From a virus, in IMG/VR virus record IMGVR_UViG_3300025138_000016: 64,000 nucleotides of DNA; one strand, given 5' to 3'. Below the pieces are notes generated by a model, which had not been told where the DNA came from, made no database searches, and saw nothing but the letters and a program-made list of their open reading frames with translations. Within the stretch, counting starts at the first letter, position 1, and every line of letters starts with the position of its first letter. Position numbers and translations under genes: made by a program. Positions 1 to 7,792 of the stretch are shown here, one piece after another.

Positions 1-151
1 ATCCCAAAAGGTAATTGTCCACTAAAGCACAAAGGCCGAAAACAATTATGGCATATAATGTAAACCACCAGTATTCTGGTCTGTCACTTCTGCCGTTAAA
101 ATCTGTTGCTTTTTCCCACAACACCGTCTTCATAACATTAATAAAATGCAT
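1..151 (-). CDS. DUF805 (YhaH/YhaI-like) inner-membrane protein, 3' end outside window
   Basis: Not in the ORF track. Translated by hand: MHFINVMKTVLWEKATDFNGRSDRPEYWWFTLYAIIVFGLCALVDNYLLG, with the F-x-GR-x-x-R-x-E-Y-W signature followed by a TM helix. Confidence 0.8.
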   Translation of the reverse strand, partial: MHFINVMKTVLWEKATDFNGRSDRPEYWWFTLYAIIVFGLCALVDNYLLG

Positions 152-161
152 AATATATATC

Positions 162-380
162 CTATAATTTAGCCGCTAAGGAATCATAGCCGCCGATTGC
201 TTCACCGTCGATTCGTATCTGTGGGAATGTTCTTGCTGTAGGAAACTCTTCGAAGAGCTCCTCACGAGTAAAGTCTGTATCAAGTTGCTTGTATACATAC
301 TCAAGTCCTTTCTGCTCGCAAAGTGCTTTTGCTTTATCACAAAAAGGACAGTTAGTTTTACCAAATATTTCTATCATCAT
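162..380 (-). CDS. Glutaredoxin (NrdC/Grx-like)
   Basis: CPFC active site, ARTFPQI and IGGY motifs. GGAG RBS supports a start at 380 or 377 rather than 401. Confidence 0.93.
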   Translation of the reverse strand: MMIEIFGKTNCPFCDKAKALCEQKGLEYVYKQLDTDFTREELFEEFPTARTFPQIRIDGEAIGGYDSLAAKL

Positions 381-386
381 AACTCC

Positions 387-415
387 ATTATATAAGGCCA
401 TAGGCCGGGATTCAA
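387..415 (-). promoter_or_regulatory. Sigma70-type promoter upstream of glutaredoxin
   Basis: Minus strand TTGAAT-17 nt-TATAAT; the spacer contains GGCC-N3-GGCC. Confidence 0.7.
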
Positions 416-416
416 A

Positions 417-770
417 TTAAGTGTCTATTGACTCACCATCGAAAAAGAAATCAGCTCCAATTAGATAGTCTCTCCATTGGATCATGTCTGCTCCATATTC
501 ATGACTATTCATAATGAACTGCTCTCTTGATATTGCACTATCAAATTCATATAGTGCTGTGCAAACAGGTCTAGTATCATCTGCGCCTGTTCCATTTACT
601 GTTACTTCTAAAGCAGGATAGGCGACTATTTTACCTGATTGATATAAATTTTTAACTGCTGGGCTTCCTAAGCTGCCTGTATAATCACTAAACCATATTC
701 TGAAGTCGTTAGGCTCATTTGCTACTGCATTCTTAGGGCCTGTGATTGTTACTTTGTATTGTAATGCCAT
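417..770 (-). CDS. Hypothetical protein
   Basis: 117-aa ORF tiling with its neighbours; no recognised motif. Confidence 0.7.
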   Translation of the reverse strand: MALQYKVTITGPKNAVANEPNDFRIWFSDYTGSLGSPAVKNLYQSGKIVAYPALEVTVNGTGADDTRPVCTALYEFDSAISREQFIMNSHEYGADMIQWRDYLIGADFFFDGESIDT

Positions 771-773
771 TTA

Positions 774-1016
774 TTAATCCTCCAGATCAACTATATCGCT
801 TAACTTATCTATTCTTTTTTCCATGCTATCTATCTTAGCAGATAGGAGAGGGAATTTATTACGCCAGGTAGTTTCCTGCTTAATAAGATCAATACCAATC
901 TTGTCTTCACACCATTTATCCATTCTTAACATTGGTCCGTGTAACCATTTAAGTATCTTAGTTTTAAGAATACCAACAACTATTGCTTTAATAACTGCTA
1001 CGAGTAACATCCACAT
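774..1016 (-). CDS. Hypothetical protein with N-terminal hydrophobic segment
   Basis: 80-aa ORF coupled to the upstream stop (TAATG). Confidence 0.7.
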   Translation of the reverse strand: MWMLLVAVIKAIVVGILKTKILKWLHGPMLRMDKWCEDKIGIDLIKQETTWRNKFPLLSAKIDSMEKRIDKLSDIVDLED

Positions 1017-1534
1017 TATCTTTTCTCCCAGACTGCATAGATTCTATCGTTGTCCCATCTCATCTCACGAACTCTACAGTTAACTTCGTCAGCTAACGTA
1101 CAGTTATAGTTGAAACTCCACGGGAAGAAATCTATATTTTCTATACCATTGAATGGTCGATCTCTTTGACCTGGATTCTGTCTCCAGTAGATCTTACCAT
1201 CATCATTGATACATTGTACTATCTTATTTATCTGACTTCGAATGGTAAACACATCACCAAAGTTAATAGATCCTAGGCATAATGCAACATCGTATCGCCC
1301 TTCTGGTTTAAACTCTTCTATAGATACAACTTCATCAGCATGCTCATTAGCTGGATCGATACCATGTAGGAGATCACCGAAGTGAGGTTTAAGAGTGTTA
1401 TAGCCACATCCTACATCTAATATTGATGCGCCTGCACTTATCTCTTTTATTAAAAAATCATCTCCTGACCAATGGAAGTCTGTATTAGCTGTCCAGTTAT
1501 CAGGGTGGAAATACTTATTTAGTTTTTCTTGCAT
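1016..1534 (-). CDS. Class I SAM-dependent methyltransferase
   Basis: ILDVGCG motif I, acidic GID motif and YDVALCLGS. Likely start MQEKL at 1534 (ORF track start 1606). Confidence 0.8.
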   Translation of the reverse strand: MQEKLNKYFHPDNWTANTDFHWSGDDFLIKEISAGASILDVGCGYNTLKPHFGDLLHGIDPANEHADEVVSIEEFKPEGRYDVALCLGSINFGDVFTIRSQINKIVQCINDDGKIYWRQNPGQRDRPFNGIENIDFFPWSFNYNCTLADEVNCRVREMRWDNDRIYAVWEKR

Positions 1535-2438
1535 TCTTCGCTGCTTTATCCTTCGCGCGTTTATTTTTAGCACGAGTCGCTGCAGCTTTTTTAGCTCTAA
1601 CGGCATTCTTTTCCTTCTTAAGAACAGCTGCTTCTTCTTCAGCTACTCTTGCAAGTCTAGCTTCTCTTCTCTTATCAGCTTCTTGACGTGCTTTAGTTGG
1701 TTTAGGCTTTTCGGCTTCGTGTAATTTTTTAAGCTCTTTCTTGCTAGGTCCTTTTGACTCTACTAATGTAGGAGTACTAGGTGCAGTCTCGACTTCATAT
1801 AACTTAGTAAAGTCTATCTTAGATTCAGCAATAGCTAATTTTACTAATCTATCTGTATCAGTAACTTCATCATGTGATACGATATACTTGGCATTTGTAT
1901 CTTCTTGTATATGCTCAATAGCTTTACCAATATCAATAGGGAAGTCTAAATTATATGCAACAGTTTCAATATACTTAGCACCATACAATTGTAATAGCTC
2001 ATAGGACAAGAAGAAATCAGCTTCTGGAAATGACTCAAGATCTAATGTTATCTTCTTTCTTAATCTAGTTTGCTGATGCTGTAAGATATTACCATCTCTA
2101 CCTATTTGTAGTACTGAGTATTCAACACCTCTTGCATCTAATGCTTTAAACACTTGATCATACTTAGGGACCCTGTGTCTGCCCTTAGCTACATAGGGAT
2201 TACTTATACTAGTAACGTTATACTGCTTATAGTCATATGTCTTAAATAGCGCAGGCTTATTCCAGCATTCAGCGAAAGGCTCTCTATGATGCCCTTGCCA
2301 ATACTTGCCTTTCATATCCCATCCGTTAACAGATGTATGTGAGTTAAAGATCTTAGACCATAAATGGTTACCGGCCCCTTGGGGGCCAGTAAGTATAATT
2401 AATCTAGGCGATTCTATTTGATAGTTTTGAGCTGCCAT
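1515..2438 (-). CDS. P-loop/sulfotransferase-like protein with Lys/Ala-rich C-terminal tail
   Basis: IILTGPQGAGNHL resembles a PAPS-binding or P-loop; the last ~90 aa are low-complexity and basic. Confidence 0.55.
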   Translation of the reverse strand: MAAQNYQIESPRLIILTGPQGAGNHLWSKIFNSHTSVNGWDMKGKYWQGHHREPFAECWNKPALFKTYDYKQYNVTSISNPYVAKGRHRVPKYDQVFKALDARGVEYSVLQIGRDGNILQHQQTRLRKKITLDLESFPEADFFLSYELLQLYGAKYIETVAYNLDFPIDIGKAIEHIQEDTNAKYIVSHDEVTDTDRLVKLAIAESKIDFTKLYEVETAPSTPTLVESKGPSKKELKKLHEAEKPKPTKARQEADKRREARLARVAEEEAAVLKKEKNAVRAKKAAATRAKNKRAKDKAAKNARKTK

Positions 2439-3825
2439 ATGCTAATGCCGGTGTTGCGAATACTGCGGTTAATGTCGCGTAGAATGTAAAGCCTGTGAAG
2501 TATAAACTCATGGCTCCTATAAAACATGCTACAAATGAATAGAAGAGCGCATTGCCTTCTAGTAAATCAGGTTTAAGTACAATCATCATACTTGGTATGA
2601 ATAACGTAGCACCCATGATACTAAAGAAGATAAACAAGTTACCTAATGTTATACCTGGTATATTAGCTACACATACACCAACGATTGCTAATACTATCAT
2701 AGCTCTTCTTGACCAGGAGATTGCATTCTCTGGTTTAGCTAAGTCATTACCAACTAGGTTAGTTAATGAAGCCATTTGACTATCTAAGATAGCTATCAGT
2801 CCAGCGAATACCATAAAGGTAAAGAACGCTGCTGCCATAGGTCCAAGTAATGAGGCAATAGTAATAATGTTAGTATTAAAGATCTTATCACCAGGAATAT
2901 CATATCCTAGTCCTGCAGCTGTAAATCCTAGTATACCCATTCCAATAGGAATAACAATAAACAAGAATGATGCTAATGTAAATGCAGGTATAATAGATGC
3001 AGGTTTAATCGCGAATGCTCTTTGATAGAAAGAATTATCTCTCCAAGTACCACCCATGTGACCTAAAAAGGCAGCGATTCCAAAGCTAGTAAAAACACCC
3101 CAAGCGAAAGAAGTACCAACGATAGAGCCACCAAGACCTTTAGTACCCACCAGGCCGGCTTTAACAACATCAAGACCACCAGCAGCACTAACAGCCATGG
3201 GAACGAGAACCAGAACACCAATCCAAACAACAGATATTTTGATAATCTCGGTAACGACAGTAGCTTTGAGTCCATTTCTGAATGCATATAATAGGGCGAC
3301 CATGCTCATTAATATTGTACTTAAAGTATAGTCCATTCCAGTTAGTAGTGCAACTGTAGTACCACCAGCAATAAGGTTAATAGCAAAGGCACATACAGCT
3401 AAGACTATCATCTCTACTCTATAGAACCAATAAGCATTACCGCTAAATCTATTCTTAACATACTCAGTAAAGGTAAAGCCATCAGGCTCTTGATCTCTAA
3501 TCTTTTTAGCAAAGAATCCAAAGAATGTAAGAGTAATAAAGTTACCTAAGCAGAACCAGAATAGTCCTACTAAACCGTTAACATAAGCTTGTTGAGCTGA
3601 TATGAATAGACCTGGAGCCCATAACCATGCAGCTGAGATAGACATAGCACCTTGCCATGTATTAAGTTCTCTACGAGCTAATAAGAAGCTCTCTTTACTA
3701 TCAGTATAACCTGAAGCGAATTTAGTTGTTAGAGTATAAGCTATTAAAGCATATGTACCTAACAGTGCGAAACCTACCCAAGGATCAAGGATAGGGAATA
3801 TTAAATGACCGTGCTCACTAAACAT
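2404..3825 (-). CDS. Sodium:solute symporter (SSS family; PutP/DUR3-like)
   Basis: 473 aa with ~13 hydrophobic segments; ESFLLARR, SISAAWLW, GLKATVVTE and FYQRAFA match SSS motifs. Confidence 0.85.
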   Translation of the reverse strand: MFSEHGHLIFPILDPWVGFALLGTYALIAYTLTTKFASGYTDSKESFLLARRELNTWQGAMSISAAWLWAPGLFISAQQAYVNGLVGLFWFCLGNFITLTFFGFFAKKIRDQEPDGFTFTEYVKNRFSGNAYWFYRVEMIVLAVCAFAINLIAGGTTVALLTGMDYTLSTILMSMVALLYAFRNGLKATVVTEIIKISVVWIGVLVLVPMAVSAAGGLDVVKAGLVGTKGLGGSIVGTSFAWGVFTSFGIAAFLGHMGGTWRDNSFYQRAFAIKPASIIPAFTLASFLFIVIPIGMGILGFTAAGLGYDIPGDKIFNTNIITIASLLGPMAAAFFTFMVFAGLIAILDSQMASLTNLVGNDLAKPENAISWSRRAMIVLAIVGVCVANIPGITLGNLFIFFSIMGATLFIPSMMIVLKPDLLEGNALFYSFVACFIGAMSLYFTGFTFYATLTAVFATPALAYGSSKLSNRIA

Positions 3826-3834
3826 AATATATTC

Positions 3835-4461
3835 CTAAAATTTAAATGTATACATTACTACATACTCAGTCTTAGCATCAAACTTAGACGTAGCATTACC
3901 ATATGTTAGCATTCCAACATGCAGTGTAGTTTTACCAATATCTTTATCAAGAGTCATTCTGCTCTTACTACCTAAAAAGCCGAACCCATCAGATAGCTGC
4001 TGCCATCTTGGCTCTACAAATGTAGTTAGTCTTAGACCATCAGCAATAACAATCTGATTCCAAAATCGATTATGAAAGCCAAAGCCTTCTTGATTCTCAG
4101 CACCATGACCCATAACGGTATCACTAGGTACGTAATTTAGTTTAGCGGTAATCCAGAATTTAACTCTGTTATCAGCATATGTAAGTTTAGGAGACTTCCA
4201 GTTAATCTGATGCCAGGTTAAGTTTTGTACTGCTCTATCTTGATAGATTATTCCATACTCTACTGTTCCACCGCCTACATCAAATAGATCGGTATAGAAC
4301 TCACCATGCCAATCATGGGGACCCATGCCTGCGCGTAAGTGTAGTAAAGAGTTGGAGTTCTTGAAGTTTATATCATACTCTGTATCGTAAGATTCAGCAG
4401 CTAGCGGATTAGTTAGACTTATTGCTAAGATAAGAGTCAATAATAGACTGATTCTTTTCAT
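3835..4461 (-). CDS. Putative outer-membrane beta-barrel (porin-like) protein
   Basis: Sec signal peptide (MKRISLLLTLILAISLTNPLAA), amphipathic beta-strand pattern and C-terminal YTFKF (BAM beta-signal). Confidence 0.65.
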   Translation of the reverse strand: MKRISLLLTLILAISLTNPLAAESYDTEYDINFKNSNSLLHLRAGMGPHDWHGEFYTDLFDVGGGTVEYGIIYQDRAVQNLTWHQINWKSPKLTYADNRVKFWITAKLNYVPSDTVMGHGAENQEGFGFHNRFWNQIVIADGLRLTTFVEPRWQQLSDGFGFLGSKSRMTLDKDIGKTTLHVGMLTYGNATSKFDAKTEYVVMYTFKF

Positions 4462-5092
4462 AATATTTCCTTATTAGTTCATAATGGGTTTCATCAATTT
4501 CCACATTACAAAAGTTACTTATTAACGTTTTCGTTTCCTCAAACGTACTATTATATAGGCACTCATATGTTACAGTTGTAACGTTAAATGCCTGCTTTGC
4601 ATAGGTATATAAACCTTCTCGCTCTGAGTGATCAGACATCTTATCATATAGATAAGCATCCCAATCTTTCTCAGTCATATCACTAGTTACACCAACTAAG
4701 GTACCTAGCTTTGCTTTAGCGAGATGCTTACATCTCCCATCCTCGTCTTCGATAACTAATACATTATCGAAATTCCTGTATTGCATCTCCGCTAATATAT
4801 TTAGCGACCATTGATGCAATGTTATTCTGTCATAGTGTTTGAATATATTATCTTTCTCGATAAAACTATTCTTACCAGCACTATCTTCAACTAAAGCTGA
4901 ATAGTCTGGTCTATCTGTTAGGTGAACTTGTTTAAAGAACTTAGCTAGTCCTTGATGTCCACATCCATATTCAGTAGCATGGTAGTGGTTAGCCTCATTA
5001 AGTTCAAAAGGCTTATTATCTATTATAGACGATATCAGGCTGAGAATAAACTCTCCGCCGCATCCTGGTAAATATTTAACTGCTAATTTCAT
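4409..5092 (-). CDS. Hypothetical protein, weakly sulfotransferase-fold-like
   Basis: N-terminal YLPGCGGEF loop and C-terminal VTYECL, reminiscent of the sulfotransferase xYEDL motif. Confidence 0.5.
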   Translation of the reverse strand: MKLAVKYLPGCGGEFILSLISSIIDNKPFELNEANHYHATEYGCGHQGLAKFFKQVHLTDRPDYSALVEDSAGKNSFIEKDNIFKHYDRITLHQWSLNILAEMQYRNFDNVLVIEDEDGRCKHLAKAKLGTLVGVTSDMTEKDWDAYLYDKMSDHSEREGLYTYAKQAFNVTTVTYECLYNSTFEETKTLISNFCNVEIDETHYELIRKYYEKNQSIIDSYLSNKSN

Positions 5093-5519
5093 CTATAATT
5101 CTCAATGCTTCTTGTAGATTATCTGATTGTCCAATACGTACATTAATGATACCGTTATAGTATTCATCTGATGATAGTACATTCCTATCAAATTGCTCAC
5201 GTGCCTCAAGATAGCCAGCGCTACCTTTACTAGGGCAATAATATAGTATCTCTCTTTTAAATTTATCTTCACCAAATTCAGCTACATCGTTCTTAAGATG
5301 CTCTGATGATCCCCAATAGGTACGCCAATCACTTTCTTTAGTTGATTTTCGTTTTCTTTTTTTACCTTTGAGAGGGGGTCTAGTTACTTTAAATTTAGCA
5401 AGCTTTTTTCCAACATACTTTTTATCGTTAACTGTATTAGTGATAAGATATACAAATGCTTCACAATCTTCAGGAAGCTCTTCTACATCCTTACTATTGT
5501 AGGTCCATGCTGTCATCAT
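5076..5519 (-). CDS. Short GIY-YIG endonuclease
   Basis: FVYLITN-x5-KYVGKK, YWGSS, a conserved E and YYNG; catalytic domain only. Confidence 0.85.
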   Translation of the reverse strand: MMTAWTYNSKDVEELPEDCEAFVYLITNTVNDKKYVGKKLAKFKVTRPPLKGKKRKRKSTKESDWRTYWGSSEHLKNDVAEFGEDKFKREILYYCPSKGSAGYLEAREQFDRNVLSSDEYYNGIINVRIGQSDNLQEALRIIDEISS

Positions 5520-5655
5520 TAAATTCCTCACCATCATCATACTCTAGCTCATCACCACATGCAGGGCAATGAGTTATATTAAATATAGGATCATGAAAGG
5601 TTACCTTACCTTCGAAGTCACACACCATACAAAGTATCTTCTTACCATTACTCAT
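5494..5655 (-). CDS. Small zinc-ribbon protein (53 aa)
   Basis: Not in the ORF track. MSNGKKILCMVCDFEGKVTFHDPIFNITHCPACGDELEYDD...; CxxC...CPxCG plus an acidic tail; ATGA overlap with the nrdB stop. Confidence 0.8.
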   Translation of the reverse strand: MSNGKKILCMVCDFEGKVTFHDPIFNITHCPACGDELEYDDGEEFNDDSMDLQ

Positions 5656-6728
5656 AGTTTAAATCCTGTAAATGTATCTGCTGATACATCTTTTTTCACT
5701 CCACCTGTTATATAAGAGGAGATTTCTGTTTCTTGGGGTGCAACTTGAACACTACTACCAACGATCCATTTCTGCGTCCATGGTAGTGGATTAGTTCCAC
5801 CAGTAAAATTATGTTCAATGCCTAATGCTGAAGCTCTCTTAGCTGCAATCCATTCGACATAACTCTTTAATACATTAGCATTTAAGCCTATCATAGAGCC
5901 GTCTTTAAATAAGTAATCGGCCCATTCTTTCTCTTGCTCAACTACCTCAGTAAATATATTTAGTACATCTTCTTTACACTCTTCTTGAATCTTAAGGAAG
6001 TCTTTATCGTCTTTAGGTAGTAGTTTAATTAGATGCATAGTAGAAGCAAGATGAACGTTCTCATCTCTTGCTATAAACTTAATAATCTTAGCATTGCCTT
6101 CCATCTTTTTAAGTTCAGCGAATGCCCAGCTACATGCAAATGATACATAGAATCTAACTCCCTCTAAAGCATTAACAGCATTCAATGCTAACCATAGAGC
6201 TTTCTTATGTCCATATGATCCATAGCCAGCTGATATCTGATTACGATTAACTAGATCATCATAGTAAGTAGATATTGAATTAGCACATTCAACTATCTCT
6301 TTTATATCTAGCATAGTATCAAATACTTCAGAAGGCTGAGTGTATATATTTCTAATGATATGAGTATAAGATCTTGAATGAATAGTCTCACTAAAGCTCC
6401 ATGTCTCTATCCAAGTCTCTAATTCTGGTAATGATGATATAGGAAGGAAAGCTAGGTTAGGAGCTCTTCCTTGAATACTATCTAATAGTATCTGTCTTTT
6501 AAGATTAGAAGTAAATATATGCTTCTCTGAATCAGTAAGATCTTTAAAGTCTTTTGAATCCTTTAAGATATCTACTTCCTCTGGTCGCCAGAAGAATCCT
6601 AACTGCTTATCAGTAAGCTTATCTATTTGCGGGTATTTAATTTCATCATAACGAGCAATATCCACTCCTCCATCGAAGAATAGATTTCTAGATTTTGAAC
6701 TTTTTTTATTCACTTTAAATACTGACAT
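5652..6728 (-). CDS. nrdB: Ribonucleotide reductase class Ia beta subunit
   Basis: FFWRPEE, DSIQ, ETIHSRSY (radical Tyr), LEGVRFYVSF, RDENVH and APQETEISSY motifs. Confidence 0.97.
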   Translation of the reverse strand: MSVFKVNKKSSKSRNLFFDGGVDIARYDEIKYPQIDKLTDKQLGFFWRPEEVDILKDSKDFKDLTDSEKHIFTSNLKRQILLDSIQGRAPNLAFLPISSLPELETWIETWSFSETIHSRSYTHIIRNIYTQPSEVFDTMLDIKEIVECANSISTYYDDLVNRNQISAGYGSYGHKKALWLALNAVNALEGVRFYVSFACSWAFAELKKMEGNAKIIKFIARDENVHLASTMHLIKLLPKDDKDFLKIQEECKEDVLNIFTEVVEQEKEWADYLFKDGSMIGLNANVLKSYVEWIAAKRASALGIEHNFTGGTNPLPWTQKWIVGSSVQVAPQETEISSYITGGVKKDVSADTFTGFKL

Positions 6729-7641
6729 GTGGGTTAATGTTATCTCCAAATCGAATTGATTCAATAAATCGTTTATGGCTTCCGCCTGGTCCTGGCATAT
6801 AGCCCCAGTTACATAGTTGACGGCCGCCGCCTCTATAATGCTCTTGTTCTGTGTCGTCGAAGTAACATTTCCAACTAAAGAAATAGCCCTTATTAGTGTA
6901 GTCCTGATTAGATTTAATCTCTTCTAAACTTTTAGGTACATATCTCATGAGATCCATATTATCTAATCTCGTTCTACCTAAATTAAGCCATTCTGCACTT
7001 TCATGATCACCTTCTAAGCAAGGCATCGTATTATGAATAACGTCAATACTTTCTATACGCTTACTATGTAGCTCATGGAAGTCTGCTACGACGTCAGGGT
7101 AGTTACTTTTAAAATACTTAACAGCTTTTTTAGATGCTGGCTTCGTTGAATCGTTAACTCTATACCAATCTATTAGCTTAGGATACAACTTATCTAGGAG
7201 ACCAAATCTTAATAGGTTCATGCTTATTTTAGTAATATATTCATCATGTACGTTATGTCCAAATATCTCATGTACAACTATATCAGCATCTTGTATAAAC
7301 TCTAATGAATCATTTATAGCATTAACATGATGAACTTCAACTCTACCATCATCGATATATTCTTGGAGATTAGTTTTAACAACTTGAGTATAAGCTTTAT
7401 TATAATCTATACAATAAACTTTTTTAGCTCCATACTGTAAGGCTATGTAAGCCATTACACCATTACCAGAGCCAAGATCAACTATTACTTTATCTTTTGA
7501 TACTCTCTTTAAGAAATCGTGATAAGCTTTCATCTTCTCAGGATCAAGACAGCATCTGAACTCCCAGTTCTTAGCCGTATTCATAAGATCAGTAATATCT
7601 CTGATTCTATCTTTATCGCTTAGCTCTATTTTAACTTTCAT
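6715..7641 (-). CDS. SAM-dependent methyltransferase, PRMT-like
   Basis: KDKVIVDLGSGNG, GAKKVYCID, and DIVVHEIFGHNVHDE (E-x8-E double-E loop). Confidence 0.8.
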   Translation of the reverse strand: MKVKIELSDKDRIRDITDLMNTAKNWEFRCCLDPEKMKAYHDFLKRVSKDKVIVDLGSGNGVMAYIALQYGAKKVYCIDYNKAYTQVVKTNLQEYIDDGRVEVHHVNAINDSLEFIQDADIVVHEIFGHNVHDEYITKISMNLLRFGLLDKLYPKLIDWYRVNDSTKPASKKAVKYFKSNYPDVVADFHELHSKRIESIDVIHNTMPCLEGDHESAEWLNLGRTRLDNMDLMRYVPKSLEEIKSNQDYTNKGYFFSWKCYFDDTEQEHYRGGGRQLCNWGYMPGPGGSHKRFIESIRFGDNINPHVSI

Positions 7642-7792
7642 CTTTATCTATTTTATTACCATAATAATCATGTGTACCATCTCTATAAGCTTTCTTTCTA
7701 GCTGATAGTATAAGCGTTGATACCCAGATACCATACCCCATAAAGGTTAGTATAATTATACCTGCTATTATATTTAATATTTCTAAGATCAT
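7631..7792 (-). CDS. Small membrane protein (53 aa)
   Basis: Not in the ORF track. MILEILNIIAGIIILTFMGYGIWVSTLILSARKKAYRDGTHDYYGNKIDKDES; ATGA overlap with the nrdA stop. Confidence 0.7.
   Translation of the reverse strand: MILEILNIIAGIIILTFMGYGIWVSTLILSARKKAYRDGTHDYYGNKIDKDES

Noticed and set aside
380-416. tRNA-like fragment (GGCCGGGATTCAAAT resembles a T-arm)
   Set aside because: The intergenic space is too short for a cloverleaf, and the sequence is better explained as a -35/-10 promoter on the minus strand.
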